From positions 1 through 44,522 of the IMG/VR virus record IMGVR_UViG_3300005573_000142: a stretch of 44,522 nucleotides of DNA, one strand, 5' to 3'. This document shows, one piece after another, positions 8,457 to 18,055 of the stretch. Position 1 is the first letter of the stretch; the number at the start of each line of letters is the position of its first letter. The notes under the pieces are model-generated. The model did not search any database. It was given only the letters and a program-made list of their open reading frames with translations, and was not told the origin of the DNA. The position numbers and the translations under genes are program-made. Source of the stretch: a virus. Its lineage: Duplodnaviria; Caudoviricetes.

Positions 8457-9145
8457 AACAAAAACAAATTACTAAGACACAGGCACCACAACCGGACAAC
8501 ACTGAAAAACTAAGAGCTTTATTAAGAAGAGAGTCTGAGACTTGGTATGATATCGCCACAGTAGCATACGAAATCTATTCTTCTCAAGAGTGGAAAGCCA
8601 AAGGATATGAGTCTTGCAAAGATTATGTAAAAGCAGAGCTTGCTCCAGCTGGACTGTCTTATGAGATGTTCATGTATAGGGTAAAGATGGGGCAGGCAAT
8701 TGAGACCTATGCAATTTCTAAAGACGAATTAATAGGTATTGGCTGGACAAAGTTCAAAGAAGTAGCTTCTCTTTTATTAACTGAAAACTTCCCTGTTGAA
8801 TCCTTACAATCTACACTTGATACAGCCAGACAATTGAGCAGAGAGGAATTACAAGACTATGTAAGAAAAGAAAAAGTAAAACATGTTAAGGGCGAGGAGA
8901 TTGAGAAGATACTCACTCTTAAATTCAAGTTACTTGATGAGCAAGCTGAGATAGTTAAAGAAGCTCTACATATTGCTCAGGAGTTATCCCTTTCAGATAA
9001 CTTGAATGTAGCTTTGACTTATATATGTTCAGACTTTGTTATGAATCATGCGACTGACAATGATATCATTGAGGCTCTTCGTTCAGAAGTACTGAAGAAG
9101 AGTAAAGAGATACCTCAGGTAAGCAAGAAAAGGATAAAAGCCTAA
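8453..9145 (+). CDS. hypothetical phage protein, DUF3102-like/putative DNA-binding
   Basis: EIY....W...GY.S..DYV..EL ... IGWTK pattern; AGGAGG SD. Confidence 0.55.
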   Translation: MKQKQITKTQAPQPDNTEKLRALLRRESETWYDIATVAYEIYSSQEWKAKGYESCKDYVKAELAPAGLSYEMFMYRVKMGQAIETYAISKDELIGIGWTKFKEVASLLLTENFPVESLQSTLDTARQLSREELQDYVRKEKVKHVKGEEIEKILTLKFKLLDEQAEIVKEALHIAQELSLSDNLNVALTYICSDFVMNHATDNDIIEALRSEVLKKSKEIPQVSKKRIKA

Positions 9146-10362
9146 TGTTAGCTGGGCTGTGTTTACTGCATAAAATACTTCTTGATAAAGATATAGAAGC
9201 TCTAAGTAGGGTTCCTGATGACCAGCTTACTGAGGAGGAGTATTGTGAATATAATAGGATACGGAAATTCTTGAGGAAATATAAAAGTCTACCTCCTCCA
9301 ACAATAGAACCTGAGGGATTTCAGGATTATCCAGTAGATTGGTGGCTTGAAGTTATATATGAAAGAACTATACAGAATGTGATACTTGAATTTAAGGAAA
9401 TGCCTTTTGATAACCCAGCTCAGGATTTGGCTAAGCTGTATAAGCGACTGACTAAGCTATTGTCTGAAGGAAATAAAGAGTATGTGATTAAGCCTGATGA
9501 GATAATAAGCAGGGCTAAATCCATTATACAGGAGGCAAGAAAAAAGAAACTTGCTGGAATAATGGGATATCCAACAGGGTATCCCATTATTGACAATCTA
9601 ACAGGGGGATATTTACCTACTGATATATTTGTATATGTTGCCAGAACAAAGATGGGAAAAACAATGTATATGCTTAATTCAATGAATAAATTATTGGATG
9701 CCGTTCCTTGTATGTTTGTATCACTTGAAATGGGAGAACGGCAGATACTTATGAGATTATTAGGACTGAGATTTAAGAGTAATGTATTTACAGACCAGAA
9801 GAGAATAATAAGCTCATTTGTAGAAAAGAAGCTGGAAAAGCTGAAATTGAATTTATACTATGTAAACGGTGCGGGACTTAAGAACTTACTGGAGTTATAC
9901 TCATTGATTAAGGTTTATGAACCTGCTGTTGTTTTTGTTGATGGTGCTTATCTGCTTAAATATGGGCAGAAGTTTAATTCAGAATGGGAGAAGGCAAAGG
10001 CTATTGTTGAAGAGTTAAAGCAAATAGCAATGAAGACAAAAACATCAATAGTCTGCTCCTATCAGATGAACAGAAGTGCATCTTCTGCAAAGGAACCTGA
10101 TTTACAACATATTGCTTTATCAGATGCAATAGGGCAGATAGCATCAGTAGTTGTAGCAATTACTCCAGATAATACTGGAGTATCAAGAATTATGCATCTG
10201 ATTGCAAATAGGGAGGGGATATCAGATGTCAGAATTCCAGTGAATTGGGATTGGGCAAATATGAATTTTGACCAGCTGGAAATGACATCTAATACTGAAG
10301 AGGAAGAAGGATTAGTAGAAGAATTTGAAGATTTATTGGAGGAGACTTATGAACAAGATTGA
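9145..10362 (+). CDS. dnaB: replicative DnaB-like (SF4) helicase
   Basis: PTGY..ID.LTGG, ARTKMGKT, SLEM, VFVDG, QMNR, SDAIGQ. Confidence 0.92.
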   Translation: MLAGLCLLHKILLDKDIEALSRVPDDQLTEEEYCEYNRIRKFLRKYKSLPPPTIEPEGFQDYPVDWWLEVIYERTIQNVILEFKEMPFDNPAQDLAKLYKRLTKLLSEGNKEYVIKPDEIISRAKSIIQEARKKKLAGIMGYPTGYPIIDNLTGGYLPTDIFVYVARTKMGKTMYMLNSMNKLLDAVPCMFVSLEMGERQILMRLLGLRFKSNVFTDQKRIISSFVEKKLEKLKLNLYYVNGAGLKNLLELYSLIKVYEPAVVFVDGAYLLKYGQKFNSEWEKAKAIVEELKQIAMKTKTSIVCSYQMNRSASSAKEPDLQHIALSDAIGQIASVVVAITPDNTGVSRIMHLIANREGISDVRIPVNWDWANMNFDQLEMTSNTEEEEGLVEEFEDLLEETYEQD

Positions 10363-10585
10363 AAGATATAATAAATACCCCGAGGCAAGGAACAGACTTG
10401 CCAAATGTGTACGAATTTTATCTTATATTGTAAAGGAAGAGGATTTGATGAAGCTCGCTCCTATGGATATAGAGACGACAGTTTTTAAAATGCTGACTTC
10501 AAATGATGAAATCGTAGAAAATTATTTTAGAACAAATGGTATAAAGTATGATAACCAATGCAAACGAATAAAATTAAAGAGTTGA
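10349..10585 (+). CDS. hypothetical protein (start revised to ATG 10349)
   Basis: GGAGGAG SD; lies between helicase and primase. Confidence 0.65.
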   Translation: MNKIERYNKYPEARNRLAKCVRILSYIVKEEDLMKLAPMDIETTVFKMLTSNDEIVENYFRTNGIKYDNQCKRIKLKS

Positions 10586-11433
10586 TAAGTCTATTCTTAA
10601 AAAGACCTTCAAAAGAAACAGGAGAAGGCTGGGTTATGTGTTCTTGCCCCTTTGCAACATGGACTCATACTGGAGGAGATGACAGCAGATATTCGTTTGG
10701 TATCTCTACATCAGGAGGTTATAATTGTTTTACCTGCGGAAAACATGGCTCTATTCTTTCTTTACCTAAAGAGATAGCTCGGTATTGGCACATTAATCCA
10801 TTACCTATGGAAGAGTTTATAAAGGAACACATCGGCAATTATACAGAGACTACAAGTGAAATCAGATTAACTGAAATTCCAGCTGAGGTGATTGAAGTTT
10901 ACCCATATGCTCCATCTATTCTACATCTTACTCCTCAGGATGTAATTAAATGGAACATCAGGTATGATGAAAGTAATTCGTGTCTGTTTTTTCCTGTGTA
11001 TCATGAAGGTAAAATAATAGCAATAAAGGTGAGGAAGCTGCCCAAAGTTTTCTATTTTCTTGGTTCTAATACGAATTTCAAAAGAGCTGGTATCTGGTAT
11101 GGAGAACAGTTTAAAAAGACTGATGCTATCTTTCTTGTAGAGGGAGAAAGAGACGCAATATTACTTGGTAGGTATGTAACAGTGTGGGCTTCTCTTGGAG
11201 AACCTACAACTGCTCAACTATCTACTATTAGAAAATTAAACAGAAAGGTGGTGTTGTTCTTTGATAATGATGAGACAGGTAAAAGGATAAGGCAGAAGGC
11301 TAAAAGGCAATTATTGAACTTTCTACCATTGTATTATGTCTCTAACTATTGTGGCTGTAAAGACCCAGCCGAAATAGTAGAGAAGGGAAAAATCAAACAA
11401 GCATTAAAATCAATTAAAAAGGAGGTTTTATAA
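10558..11433 (+). CDS. dnaG: DNA primase (Zn finger + TOPRIM)
   Basis: CPF...H ... NCFTCG; VEGERD; FFDND.TG; KDPAE. Confidence 0.9.
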   Translation: MQTNKIKELISLFLKRPSKETGEGWVMCSCPFATWTHTGGDDSRYSFGISTSGGYNCFTCGKHGSILSLPKEIARYWHINPLPMEEFIKEHIGNYTETTSEIRLTEIPAEVIEVYPYAPSILHLTPQDVIKWNIRYDESNSCLFFPVYHEGKIIAIKVRKLPKVFYFLGSNTNFKRAGIWYGEQFKKTDAIFLVEGERDAILLGRYVTVWASLGEPTTAQLSTIRKLNRKVVLFFDNDETGKRIRQKAKRQLLNFLPLYYVSNYCGCKDPAEIVEKGKIKQALKSIKKEVL

Positions 11434-12287
11434 TGAGCAGTTGGTTTAAAAAGGGAGATGAAGCAAGAAAGGCATTAGAAGAAAGAGAGAAGTTACAGCA
11501 ACAAATGAAGGAGAAGAATTATGTGAAGTTCTACCTTAAACCAGATATGGAGGCTTCGGTTATTTTTGTAGATGATGAAGGTTTTTGGTGTGAGACTCAT
11601 ACAGTTAAAACAGGAGCTGGATTTAGAACAGTAACCTGCTCAGCTGGCATGAAGCCATGTCCAATTTGTATGCAATTGGGAGACAGACCACAGGGAGTTT
11701 TGTGCTACACAGTAATTGATTTACGCCCATATGTTAAAAAGGATGGAACGGTGGTTAAGTTTACAAAAAGTTTATTAATGGCAAAGAGAACACTTGCAAA
11801 ACAGCTTGATGATTATAAGAAAAAGTTTGGCTCCCTTGTTGGAGTAAAGTTTATATTAAAACGCTATACTGACAAGGATGCAGCATGCGGGATTGTTAAA
11901 GAGGTGGTAGAGGGAAAAAGATTTAATCTATTAGGCTTAGGGAAAGAGTATGCTGTTCCTTACGATTATGAGAAAGTTCTTGCTCCGCCCACAGATGAAG
12001 AATTGAAGTATATGGGATTTCATGTAGCTCCAAGTGTTTCTGATATAACCTCTGATACTGTGATAGAAGAGGATATTATTGAAGACGATGTAACTGAGGA
12101 TGAAGAAGAGATAATTCCTGATGATGAAGCAGTTGTAGAAAATACAGATTCTGAGGAACAAGATGAAATAGATATTGATGGTATGCTTAATGATTTAGTT
12201 GATGAAGAGGAGCCTGCTTCAGATAAACAACCGTCTCTTTTTCCAGACACTGATAAAACAAAAAAGAGCAGAACCAAAAAGAAATGA
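11433..12287 (+). CDS. single-stranded DNA-binding protein, gp32-like
   Basis: H..C..CPIC Zn motif, long acidic C-terminal tail, position after primase. Confidence 0.7.
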   Translation: MSSWFKKGDEARKALEEREKLQQQMKEKNYVKFYLKPDMEASVIFVDDEGFWCETHTVKTGAGFRTVTCSAGMKPCPICMQLGDRPQGVLCYTVIDLRPYVKKDGTVVKFTKSLLMAKRTLAKQLDDYKKKFGSLVGVKFILKRYTDKDAACGIVKEVVEGKRFNLLGLGKEYAVPYDYEKVLAPPTDEELKYMGFHVAPSVSDITSDTVIEEDIIEDDVTEDEEEIIPDDEAVVENTDSEEQDEIDIDGMLNDLVDEEEPASDKQPSLFPDTDKTKKSRTKKK

Positions 12288-13615
12288 AGATACATTGTGT
12301 AAAACATATGGCATTAGTTTCTGGGTATCCTGAGGATATCTTCAAAAAGCTTACTATCAAAAATACATATACCAATAAAGAGGTATATGCTTATGATTTT
12401 GCTGAAGAAGATAAGCTCTGGATACCCAGAGCTTTAATTAAGCGTCAGCCTGATGATGCTGGATGGAAGACAATAGATATTAAGGCAAAAAATTATGAGC
12501 TATATCCATACCAGAAGATATTGGTTGATAATTTTCTAAAGGCAAATACTTCTGGAATTATACAAGCTGGAACAGGAACAGGCAAAACTATTATTGGAAT
12601 TGATTTAATTATTAAGCTTGGGCTTAAAGCTTTAGTGATTGTGCCTACTACTCAAATATTTAAACAATGGGTTAGCAAGATAGAGGAACTATGTGGTTTT
12701 CATCCTTCTGTTATCTATCAGCATACTTGCAAATATGATAAGCCTATTACTGTTGCAATGCTTCATACTCTTGCCTTCGGGAAGTATATTGATAGAGATG
12801 CTATTTATAAAGAATTTGGAACTGTCATATATGATGAAGTTCATCGGATGGGAGCTGAGCATTTTCATACGGTTATAAAATATTTCTGGGATAAATATAG
12901 AATAGGATTATCAGGCACAGTGGAAAGACGAGACGGCTTCACACCTTTATTTAAATACCACATTGGTGATATTGTAGTTGATTACAGCAAAGTTAGAGTA
13001 ACCCCTGAGGTTATTGTAGTTAATTATTATGACATTGACTCTTCTTGTAAAGGCTGTTATTCATATGGTGATTTCTTGATATCCAAATACTATAACAAGA
13101 TTACAAATCTCTTATATAGGAATGCTTTAATTCTTGGATTGATATTGCAGAGCTACAGAAAAGGTAGAAGGACTCTTGTGCTTACAGACAGATTGAAGCA
13201 TGTTAGTATCCTGCGTGATATGGCTATTAAATATATAAAAGGCAAAAAACTAGGACGCTTTACCTACAAGTTTAAAGATATGACAAGACAAGTAATAATA
13301 GGAACTTATGGTTCGGCTTCTACTGGGTTAGATATTCCAGACCTTGACTGTCTTATATTTGCTATGCCAAGAGTTGATGTACGACAAGCAATAGGCAGGA
13401 TACTCAGACCAAAGAGAAAAGTGCCTATTGTGATAGATATTGTAGACAAATCTTCTGTGATTATGAACAAGTTTTTCAAAGTAAGATTAAGCATCTATCA
13501 AAAACTTGGATGCAAAATTCATTACATAAATATTATGCGGGAGGATGTAGATGCCTTTGTCAAACGAGAAGTGGGAAAAATACAGGAATACAATTCTTTA
13601 CAAGAGGAAGCTTAA
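12284..13615 (+). CDS. superfamily 2 DNA helicase (UvsW/XPB-like)
   Basis: LYPYQ, GTGTGKT, DEVH, LSGT, GLDIPDL, QAIGRILR. Confidence 0.92.
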   Translation: MKIHCVKHMALVSGYPEDIFKKLTIKNTYTNKEVYAYDFAEEDKLWIPRALIKRQPDDAGWKTIDIKAKNYELYPYQKILVDNFLKANTSGIIQAGTGTGKTIIGIDLIIKLGLKALVIVPTTQIFKQWVSKIEELCGFHPSVIYQHTCKYDKPITVAMLHTLAFGKYIDRDAIYKEFGTVIYDEVHRMGAEHFHTVIKYFWDKYRIGLSGTVERRDGFTPLFKYHIGDIVVDYSKVRVTPEVIVVNYYDIDSSCKGCYSYGDFLISKYYNKITNLLYRNALILGLILQSYRKGRRTLVLTDRLKHVSILRDMAIKYIKGKKLGRFTYKFKDMTRQVIIGTYGSASTGLDIPDLDCLIFAMPRVDVRQAIGRILRPKRKVPIVIDIVDKSSVIMNKFFKVRLSIYQKLGCKIHYINIMREDVDAFVKREVGKIQEYNSLQEEA

Positions 13616-13736
13616 ATATTTAAATAATGAAAGTTATCGCAATGGTTTATTAATCGCAGTACAGAAAAGGAAATTTTTAAATAGATTTTTTAAACAAATG
13701 GAGGTGTTCTATGAACAAAACAATGACAATTCCTAA
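13551..13736 (+). CDS. hypothetical basic protein
   Basis: GGGAGG SD; fills the gap between genes. Confidence 0.55.
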   Translation: MPLSNEKWEKYRNTILYKRKLKYLNNESYRNGLLIAVQKRKFLNRFFKQMEVFYEQNNDNS

Positions 13737-13974
13737 TGTAACTTTATCTGTTGGAGCAACTATAAATATCGGCAATTATCAGTCTGTTAGAGTTGGGCTG
13801 TCAATGTCATTGCCTGTGAGCAAAAATTTTAAAACCACAGTCAAGGCATTGCAAAAGGAGATGGATAAACAACTTAAGGAGTGCATTGACCACTACACAG
13901 ATGTTATAAATGAAATAATTGGAACCCAACTAACAATGGAGGAAATCCATGAAGATAGCCTTGATGAAATATAA
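13711..13974 (+). CDS. hypothetical protein
   Basis: GGAGGT SD; TINIGNYQSVRV motif of a kind common in phage replication regions. Confidence 0.75.
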   Translation: MNKTMTIPNVTLSVGATINIGNYQSVRVGLSMSLPVSKNFKTTVKALQKEMDKQLKECIDHYTDVINEIIGTQLTMEEIHEDSLDEI

Positions 13975-14911
13975 AGAACTCCAATATGTAAATAGGATAC
14001 CAAGCTATATTTATAGTTTTGATTATCTTACAAAGGGTGGAATTCCAGAGGGCAGATTTACTCTGTTCTTTGGAGACAAATCTACTGGTAAATCTACTCT
14101 CTCACTGAGATTGGCTAAGAGTTTTCTTGATGCTAATCCAGATAGAAATGTAGTATATGTTGACTTTGAGCAAGCATTTGATAGAGCTTGGTGTGAGGCT
14201 ATTGTAGGAGATACAGATAGATTTTATATAGTTCAGCCCAGCTATGCAGAAGAAGGAATAGAACTGTTAATGGAATTAACTGAAAAGCCCGAGCATGGTT
14301 TCTATATAATAGACAGCCTTGCTATGGTTATACCTATGAAAGAAGCTGAAGCTCCGGCTGACTCTTCATTAGTAGGCGTTTCAGCAAAAGCAGTGAGTAG
14401 CTTACTTAGAAAGATGGTGCCTAATGTCTCCAAACAAAACAGGAATGGAAATCCTGTAACTGTGCTTTTGATTAATCAAGTAAGAGTAAATATAGGTGGT
14501 TATTTTTCTGGATATACAAAGCCCGGTGGTAAATTACAAGACGCTCTTGCTGCTCTGGAAATAAGATTTTATGTAAAAGAATATGCAAAAGGACAAGAAA
14601 CTCCAAATAAAGTTACTTATGCTTTTGTTATAGAAAAGAATAAAGTAGGTGGAATTCCAAAGGTAGTAGGGGAGTATACGATGGCTCTTGTCAATCAGGG
14701 ATTTTATAAGGCTGGTGATGTTATGGATGAGCTGGCAATTTTTAATAAGTTAGTTGAGATAGGAAAGATAGATAAAGAGAACATAAAATTTGCAGATAAG
14801 ACTTATAAAAATAGAAAAGAGTTTTTAACTGAGCTGTATAGAAATAAGGCTTTAAAATTGGAGGCTATTCATACTATTATAAAGGAGGCTGTATGGTTAT
14901 CGGATGTATAA
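13949..14911 (+). CDS. recA: RecA/UvsX-like recombinase
   Basis: GGIPEGR, GDKSTGKST, VDFEQA, IIDSLA, INQVR, PGG, KNKV. Confidence 0.92.
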   Translation: MKIALMKYKELQYVNRIPSYIYSFDYLTKGGIPEGRFTLFFGDKSTGKSTLSLRLAKSFLDANPDRNVVYVDFEQAFDRAWCEAIVGDTDRFYIVQPSYAEEGIELLMELTEKPEHGFYIIDSLAMVIPMKEAEAPADSSLVGVSAKAVSSLLRKMVPNVSKQNRNGNPVTVLLINQVRVNIGGYFSGYTKPGGKLQDALAALEIRFYVKEYAKGQETPNKVTYAFVIEKNKVGGIPKVVGEYTMALVNQGFYKAGDVMDELAIFNKLVEIGKIDKENIKFADKTYKNRKEFLTELYRNKALKLEAIHTIIKEAVWLSDV

Positions 14912-15303
14912 GATGTGGAAAACAAATACAGATAAGAGATGTGATAGGGCTATCCTATACACCACCTGTGTGTAGTGAACCTTGCTTTGTTGACTATATA
15001 AAAACTTTTACTCCGAATAAAGATATTGTGTATGAACACTTTAGTAAGGATATAAAACCATTTCGCAGTAAGTGGGAGGAGCTGGTTTATTATAAATTAA
15101 AAGAGTTATTTGGTAATGTGCTGTATGAACCTTTTATTTTAGAAAGAGCGTATGTGCCTGATTTTTATCTGCCAGACCATAATGTATTTTTGGAGGTTAA
15201 AGGAAAGTGGACTTCTTATACAAAATTTGTGACGATGGCACAGAAGTATCCTATTATTTTATTAAATAGGGGTGTTCTTAAAAGGCTAAAATGGATACAT
15301 TAG
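14893..15303 (+). CDS. PD-(D/E)XK endonuclease, T7 endonuclease I-like, with N-terminal Zn ribbon
   Basis: CxxC..CxxxC; FRSKWE, YEP, YVPDFYL, LEVKG. Confidence 0.8.
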   Translation: MVIGCIRCGKQIQIRDVIGLSYTPPVCSEPCFVDYIKTFTPNKDIVYEHFSKDIKPFRSKWEELVYYKLKELFGNVLYEPFILERAYVPDFYLPDHNVFLEVKGKWTSYTKFVTMAQKYPIILLNRGVLKRLKWIH

Positions 15304-15632
15304 AAAGACTGCCAGACATAATTTCAAGAGTTATAGAGGCTTATTCTTATGATTTAAGACATAGGAATAAGCCTCTCAATAAAAAGAAAATGACTAAGCT
15401 TCATGCAAGGGCTCTTCTTACCTTAATCAGAGATTGCACCGACAGGATTGAAGCTATTGTTGATTATGATGAAGGCTTTAAACATATTTTTATTCCGCAT
15501 TTGATTGATGCATTAGATAGTTTAGTAAATGTAATAACTATGTGTGAGCATTATAGAAGGGAGGATGATATTGAGCAAGCACTTGACAGAGCAATTGATG
15601 ACACGGATATACAAGAATTTAAGGAGGAATAG
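15291..15632 (+). CDS. hypothetical protein
   Basis: 113-aa ORF overlapping both neighbours. Confidence 0.7.
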   Translation: MDTLERLPDIISRVIEAYSYDLRHRNKPLNKKKMTKLHARALLTLIRDCTDRIEAIVDYDEGFKHIFIPHLIDALDSLVNVITMCEHYRREDDIEQALDRAIDDTDIQEFKEE

Positions 15633-16272
15633 AGGTAGAAAACCCTCTATCACTGATATCCATGCAACTGATGTATTAAAAATTTGTTTGAGAGAAAAGC
15701 TAATCCTCTATCAAAAGGGATTACTTAAAGGTAACAATATTTATATAAGCGATGGTAGATATGTGACTTTCATGATAGGCAACAAAATTGAGGATATTAT
15801 TTTGGAATTAATAGAAGGCACCAAGCCGCCTGCTATGGGATTAAAGATAGGAGACTTACGCCTTATTGGTTCACCTGATGGCATTATTACTTTAGATGGG
15901 GAAAAATATATTGTAGAATGCAAAAGTATAAATAGGGAAGCATTCAACAGCCTTGTGAAACCAGTGCCTACTCATCTATACCAGCTATCATTTTATTGTT
16001 GGATTTCTGAAAAACTGAAACTGGATTATGATTATAAAACTGGCATAATAATATACATGGCAAAAGAAGAAGTCAAAGACCCAATAAAGCTCTTTGTAGC
16101 AGAGAGGGATAGTTATGTATGCAATATTTATGAGCAGACTTTGAAAAGCTTAAAACGCTTTGTAAAGTATGGAGAATTACCAAAGCGAATATGTGCTAAT
16201 GTCAGCACTCAGTTTGCAAAAACCTGCGTAGTAAAGGAGGAATGCTTTGCTATTAAAGAAAGATATTCTTGA
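15565..16272 (+). CDS. Cas4-like PD-(D/E)XK exonuclease (start revised to ATG 15565)
   Basis: N-terminal C.R, GSPDG, VECKS, QLSFY and three C-terminal Cys (Fe-S staple pattern). Confidence 0.8.
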   Translation: MILSKHLTEQLMTRIYKNLRRNRGRKPSITDIHATDVLKICLREKLILYQKGLLKGNNIYISDGRYVTFMIGNKIEDIILELIEGTKPPAMGLKIGDLRLIGSPDGIITLDGEKYIVECKSINREAFNSLVKPVPTHLYQLSFYCWISEKLKLDYDYKTGIIIYMAKEEVKDPIKLFVAERDSYVCNIYEQTLKSLKRFVKYGELPKRICANVSTQFAKTCVVKEECFAIKERYS

Positions 16273-16690
16273 TTTAGTAGAAAAGGAATTATTTCTAAGA
16301 CAGCTTAAGAAAAAAGAAAGGCAGTTTGTTGAAACATACTTAACAGTCTTTGATTTAAAGAAGACTTGCCAGCTTTGTGGTATGAGATACTTAAGAGGAT
16401 TTGAGTGGCTCCAGAAACCTCATATTCAACAGGCAATAGAATACGGGCAGGAGCTTATTTCAAGGAGAAACAGAATAACACAGGATTATTTTGTTACCAA
16501 GCTTAAAGAAATCGTAGAGGATACAAGAACTAAGCCGTCTGATAAAATCTCAGCTTTGGGGCTTCTTGCCAGAGTTACGGGGCATATAAAAGATACTGCT
16601 CCAGAGCAAAAGCAGTTAGTTGTTTTACGGCAAGTATCTGCCGATAATGGAACCATTGAAGTGTCATCATCTGATAAGGATATTGAGTAA
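16247..16690 (+). CDS. terS: terminase small subunit
   Basis: KERQFVETYL..FD.K ... LQKPHIQQAI ... ITQD.....L.EI ... SDKISAL.LL pattern; AGGAGG before the TTG start. Confidence 0.75.
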   Translation: MLLKKDILDLVEKELFLRQLKKKERQFVETYLTVFDLKKTCQLCGMRYLRGFEWLQKPHIQQAIEYGQELISRRNRITQDYFVTKLKEIVEDTRTKPSDKISALGLLARVTGHIKDTAPEQKQLVVLRQVSADNGTIEVSSSDKDIE

Positions 16691-16710
16691 AACCAGAGGT
16701 TTATATGGCG

Positions 16711-16736
16711 GAGAAATTAAATCGATTTAATTTCTC
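16711..16736. promoter_or_regulatory. palindrome copy 3, extended to 26 bp
   Basis: GAGAAATTAAATCGATTTAATTTCTC, perfect palindrome. Confidence 0.85.
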
Positions 16737-16812
16737 TAACGGCATATTAGCCGTCTTTTATCAAATCAGCCATCTTTTATCCAATAAAATCCACAGCCTA
16801 CCTCCTCCAAAA

Positions 16813-16853
16813 TTTCTCCACTTCACAAATATGGCAGAGGCTGTCTTTGACAG
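16813..16853 (+). promoter_or_regulatory. conserved leader element copy A
   Basis: TTTCTCCACTTCACAAATATGGCAGAGGCTGTCTTTGACAG; 37/41 identical to 17983-18023. Confidence 0.75.
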
Positions 16854-16881
16854 TTTGAAAAAATAAAAAAGGAGGTTTCAA

Positions 16882-17289
16882 ATGGGTTATTATTCTTATT
16901 TCATGTTCCGTATTAAAAACGGAACAAAAGTTGATAAGGAAAAGGCTAAGAAGTTGGAGCAGTTCTTCAAGGATGAGAACAATTACGAATATGTAAGTGG
17001 ATTCTATGGGGTAGTTCTTGAAACGAAAGATGATGGTGTTCTGGAAGATATAAGGATTGAAGAATATTACTCCAAATTCAGTGATGATGAATTATTTGCC
17101 AAATCATTATCAGAAGTTCTTGTTTCAGGAGAAGTTGACCTAATGTTCAGTGGGGAAGATGGTATAAGCTGGGGCTACAAGGTAACTCCGAACAAAGTAA
17201 TTGAGATGATGAGCGTCTTTCTTACGATGGAAGAGATAAAGAAAGTAGAAAGATTTTTAGGAAGAACGCTATTTTATATGGTTTGGTAG
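16882..17289 (+). CDS. hypothetical early-type protein
   Basis: AGGAGGT SD; 135 aa. Confidence 0.85.
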   Translation: MGYYSYFMFRIKNGTKVDKEKAKKLEQFFKDENNYEYVSGFYGVVLETKDDGVLEDIRIEEYYSKFSDDELFAKSLSEVLVSGEVDLMFSGEDGISWGYKVTPNKVIEMMSVFLTMEEIKKVERFLGRTLFYMVW

Positions 17290-17305
17290 AAAGGAGGTAA
17301 CTAAT

Positions 17306-17839
17306 ATGTCACACAGCAGAGTTTTTTGTATGGTAAGGGATATAAAGAACACAGAGGAGGTTGAGAATGCACTTGCAGTTGATGCAATAGATGTGGTTGA
17401 GGCTATTCGTGGTTGTGACTATGCAGATGATAGGCTGGAAGAAGGAGAAGCATTCGTGCAAGAAGATGTTGACTGGCTCGCCGATTGGATTGGTATAGAC
17501 GGAAAAGTTGGAGCAGAAAGTGAACCGTTAATCAAGCCTAAGAAAATAGAAATAAACGGAGAAAAGTATGCCTATTGGGCTATTCCCACAAGTAAGCTAA
17601 AAGCTACTATTGAAAAAGAAATGAAAAAAAGAGTCGCCCTAATAAAGAACGAACTGGAGCAACCCCATCCTAATTTAATAGAGATAGCCTATGATGCTTA
17701 CTTGAGGAAAGACTTTTATTTTTATATGCCCGATTGGGGCTTTCTAAATGAAGTAGACTTATACGAATATGTGTTAAACAATTCTAATTATAGATATGAG
17801 CATTTCTATGTTGTAAAGACAATTGACTATCATTTCTAA
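17306..17839 (+). CDS. hypothetical early-type protein
   Basis: AGGAGGT SD; 177 aa, acidic, ends in DYHF. Confidence 0.85.
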   Translation: MSHSRVFCMVRDIKNTEEVENALAVDAIDVVEAIRGCDYADDRLEEGEAFVQEDVDWLADWIGIDGKVGAESEPLIKPKKIEINGEKYAYWAIPTSKLKATIEKEMKKRVALIKNELEQPHPNLIEIAYDAYLRKDFYFYMPDWGFLNEVDLYEYVLNNSNYRYEHFYVVKTIDYHF

Positions 17840-17870
17840 TTAAGCCCTCATAAAACAGCCCTCCAAAAAC

Positions 17871-17913
17871 AGCCGAATAGATTGAGCCTATTCAGTCTAT
17901 TCGGCTATCTTTT
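17871..17913 (+). terminator. stem-loop, probable terminator
   Basis: AGCCGAATAGATTGA-6 nt-TCAGTCTATTCGGCT (15 bp, one G-U) followed by ATCTTTT. Confidence 0.6.
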
Positions 17914-17982
17914 ATCATCTATCCTATATTTCGTCCTTCGTATATCGCCTTTTTTCGTTTTAATCATATCGTTAATCGTTAG

Positions 17983-18023
17983 TTTCTCCACTTCACAAGT
18001 AGGGCAAAGCCTGTCTTTGACAG
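17983..18023 (+). promoter_or_regulatory. conserved leader element copy B
   Basis: TTTCTCCACTTCACAAGTAGGGCAAAGCCTGTCTTTGACAG. Confidence 0.75.
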
Positions 18024-18055
18024 GTAAAAAACGAAATAATTTGGAGGTAGTTAAG

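Noticed and set aside
16841-16853. N4-type virion RNA polymerase hairpin promoter
   Set aside because: The template-strand loops are AAA/AAT rather than the GNA type, and no virion RNA polymerase gene is in the window.
17882-18055. Hydrophobic N-terminal extension of the 470-aa ORF
   Set aside because: It overlaps a terminator-like hairpin and leader B; the strong SD supports ATG 18056.
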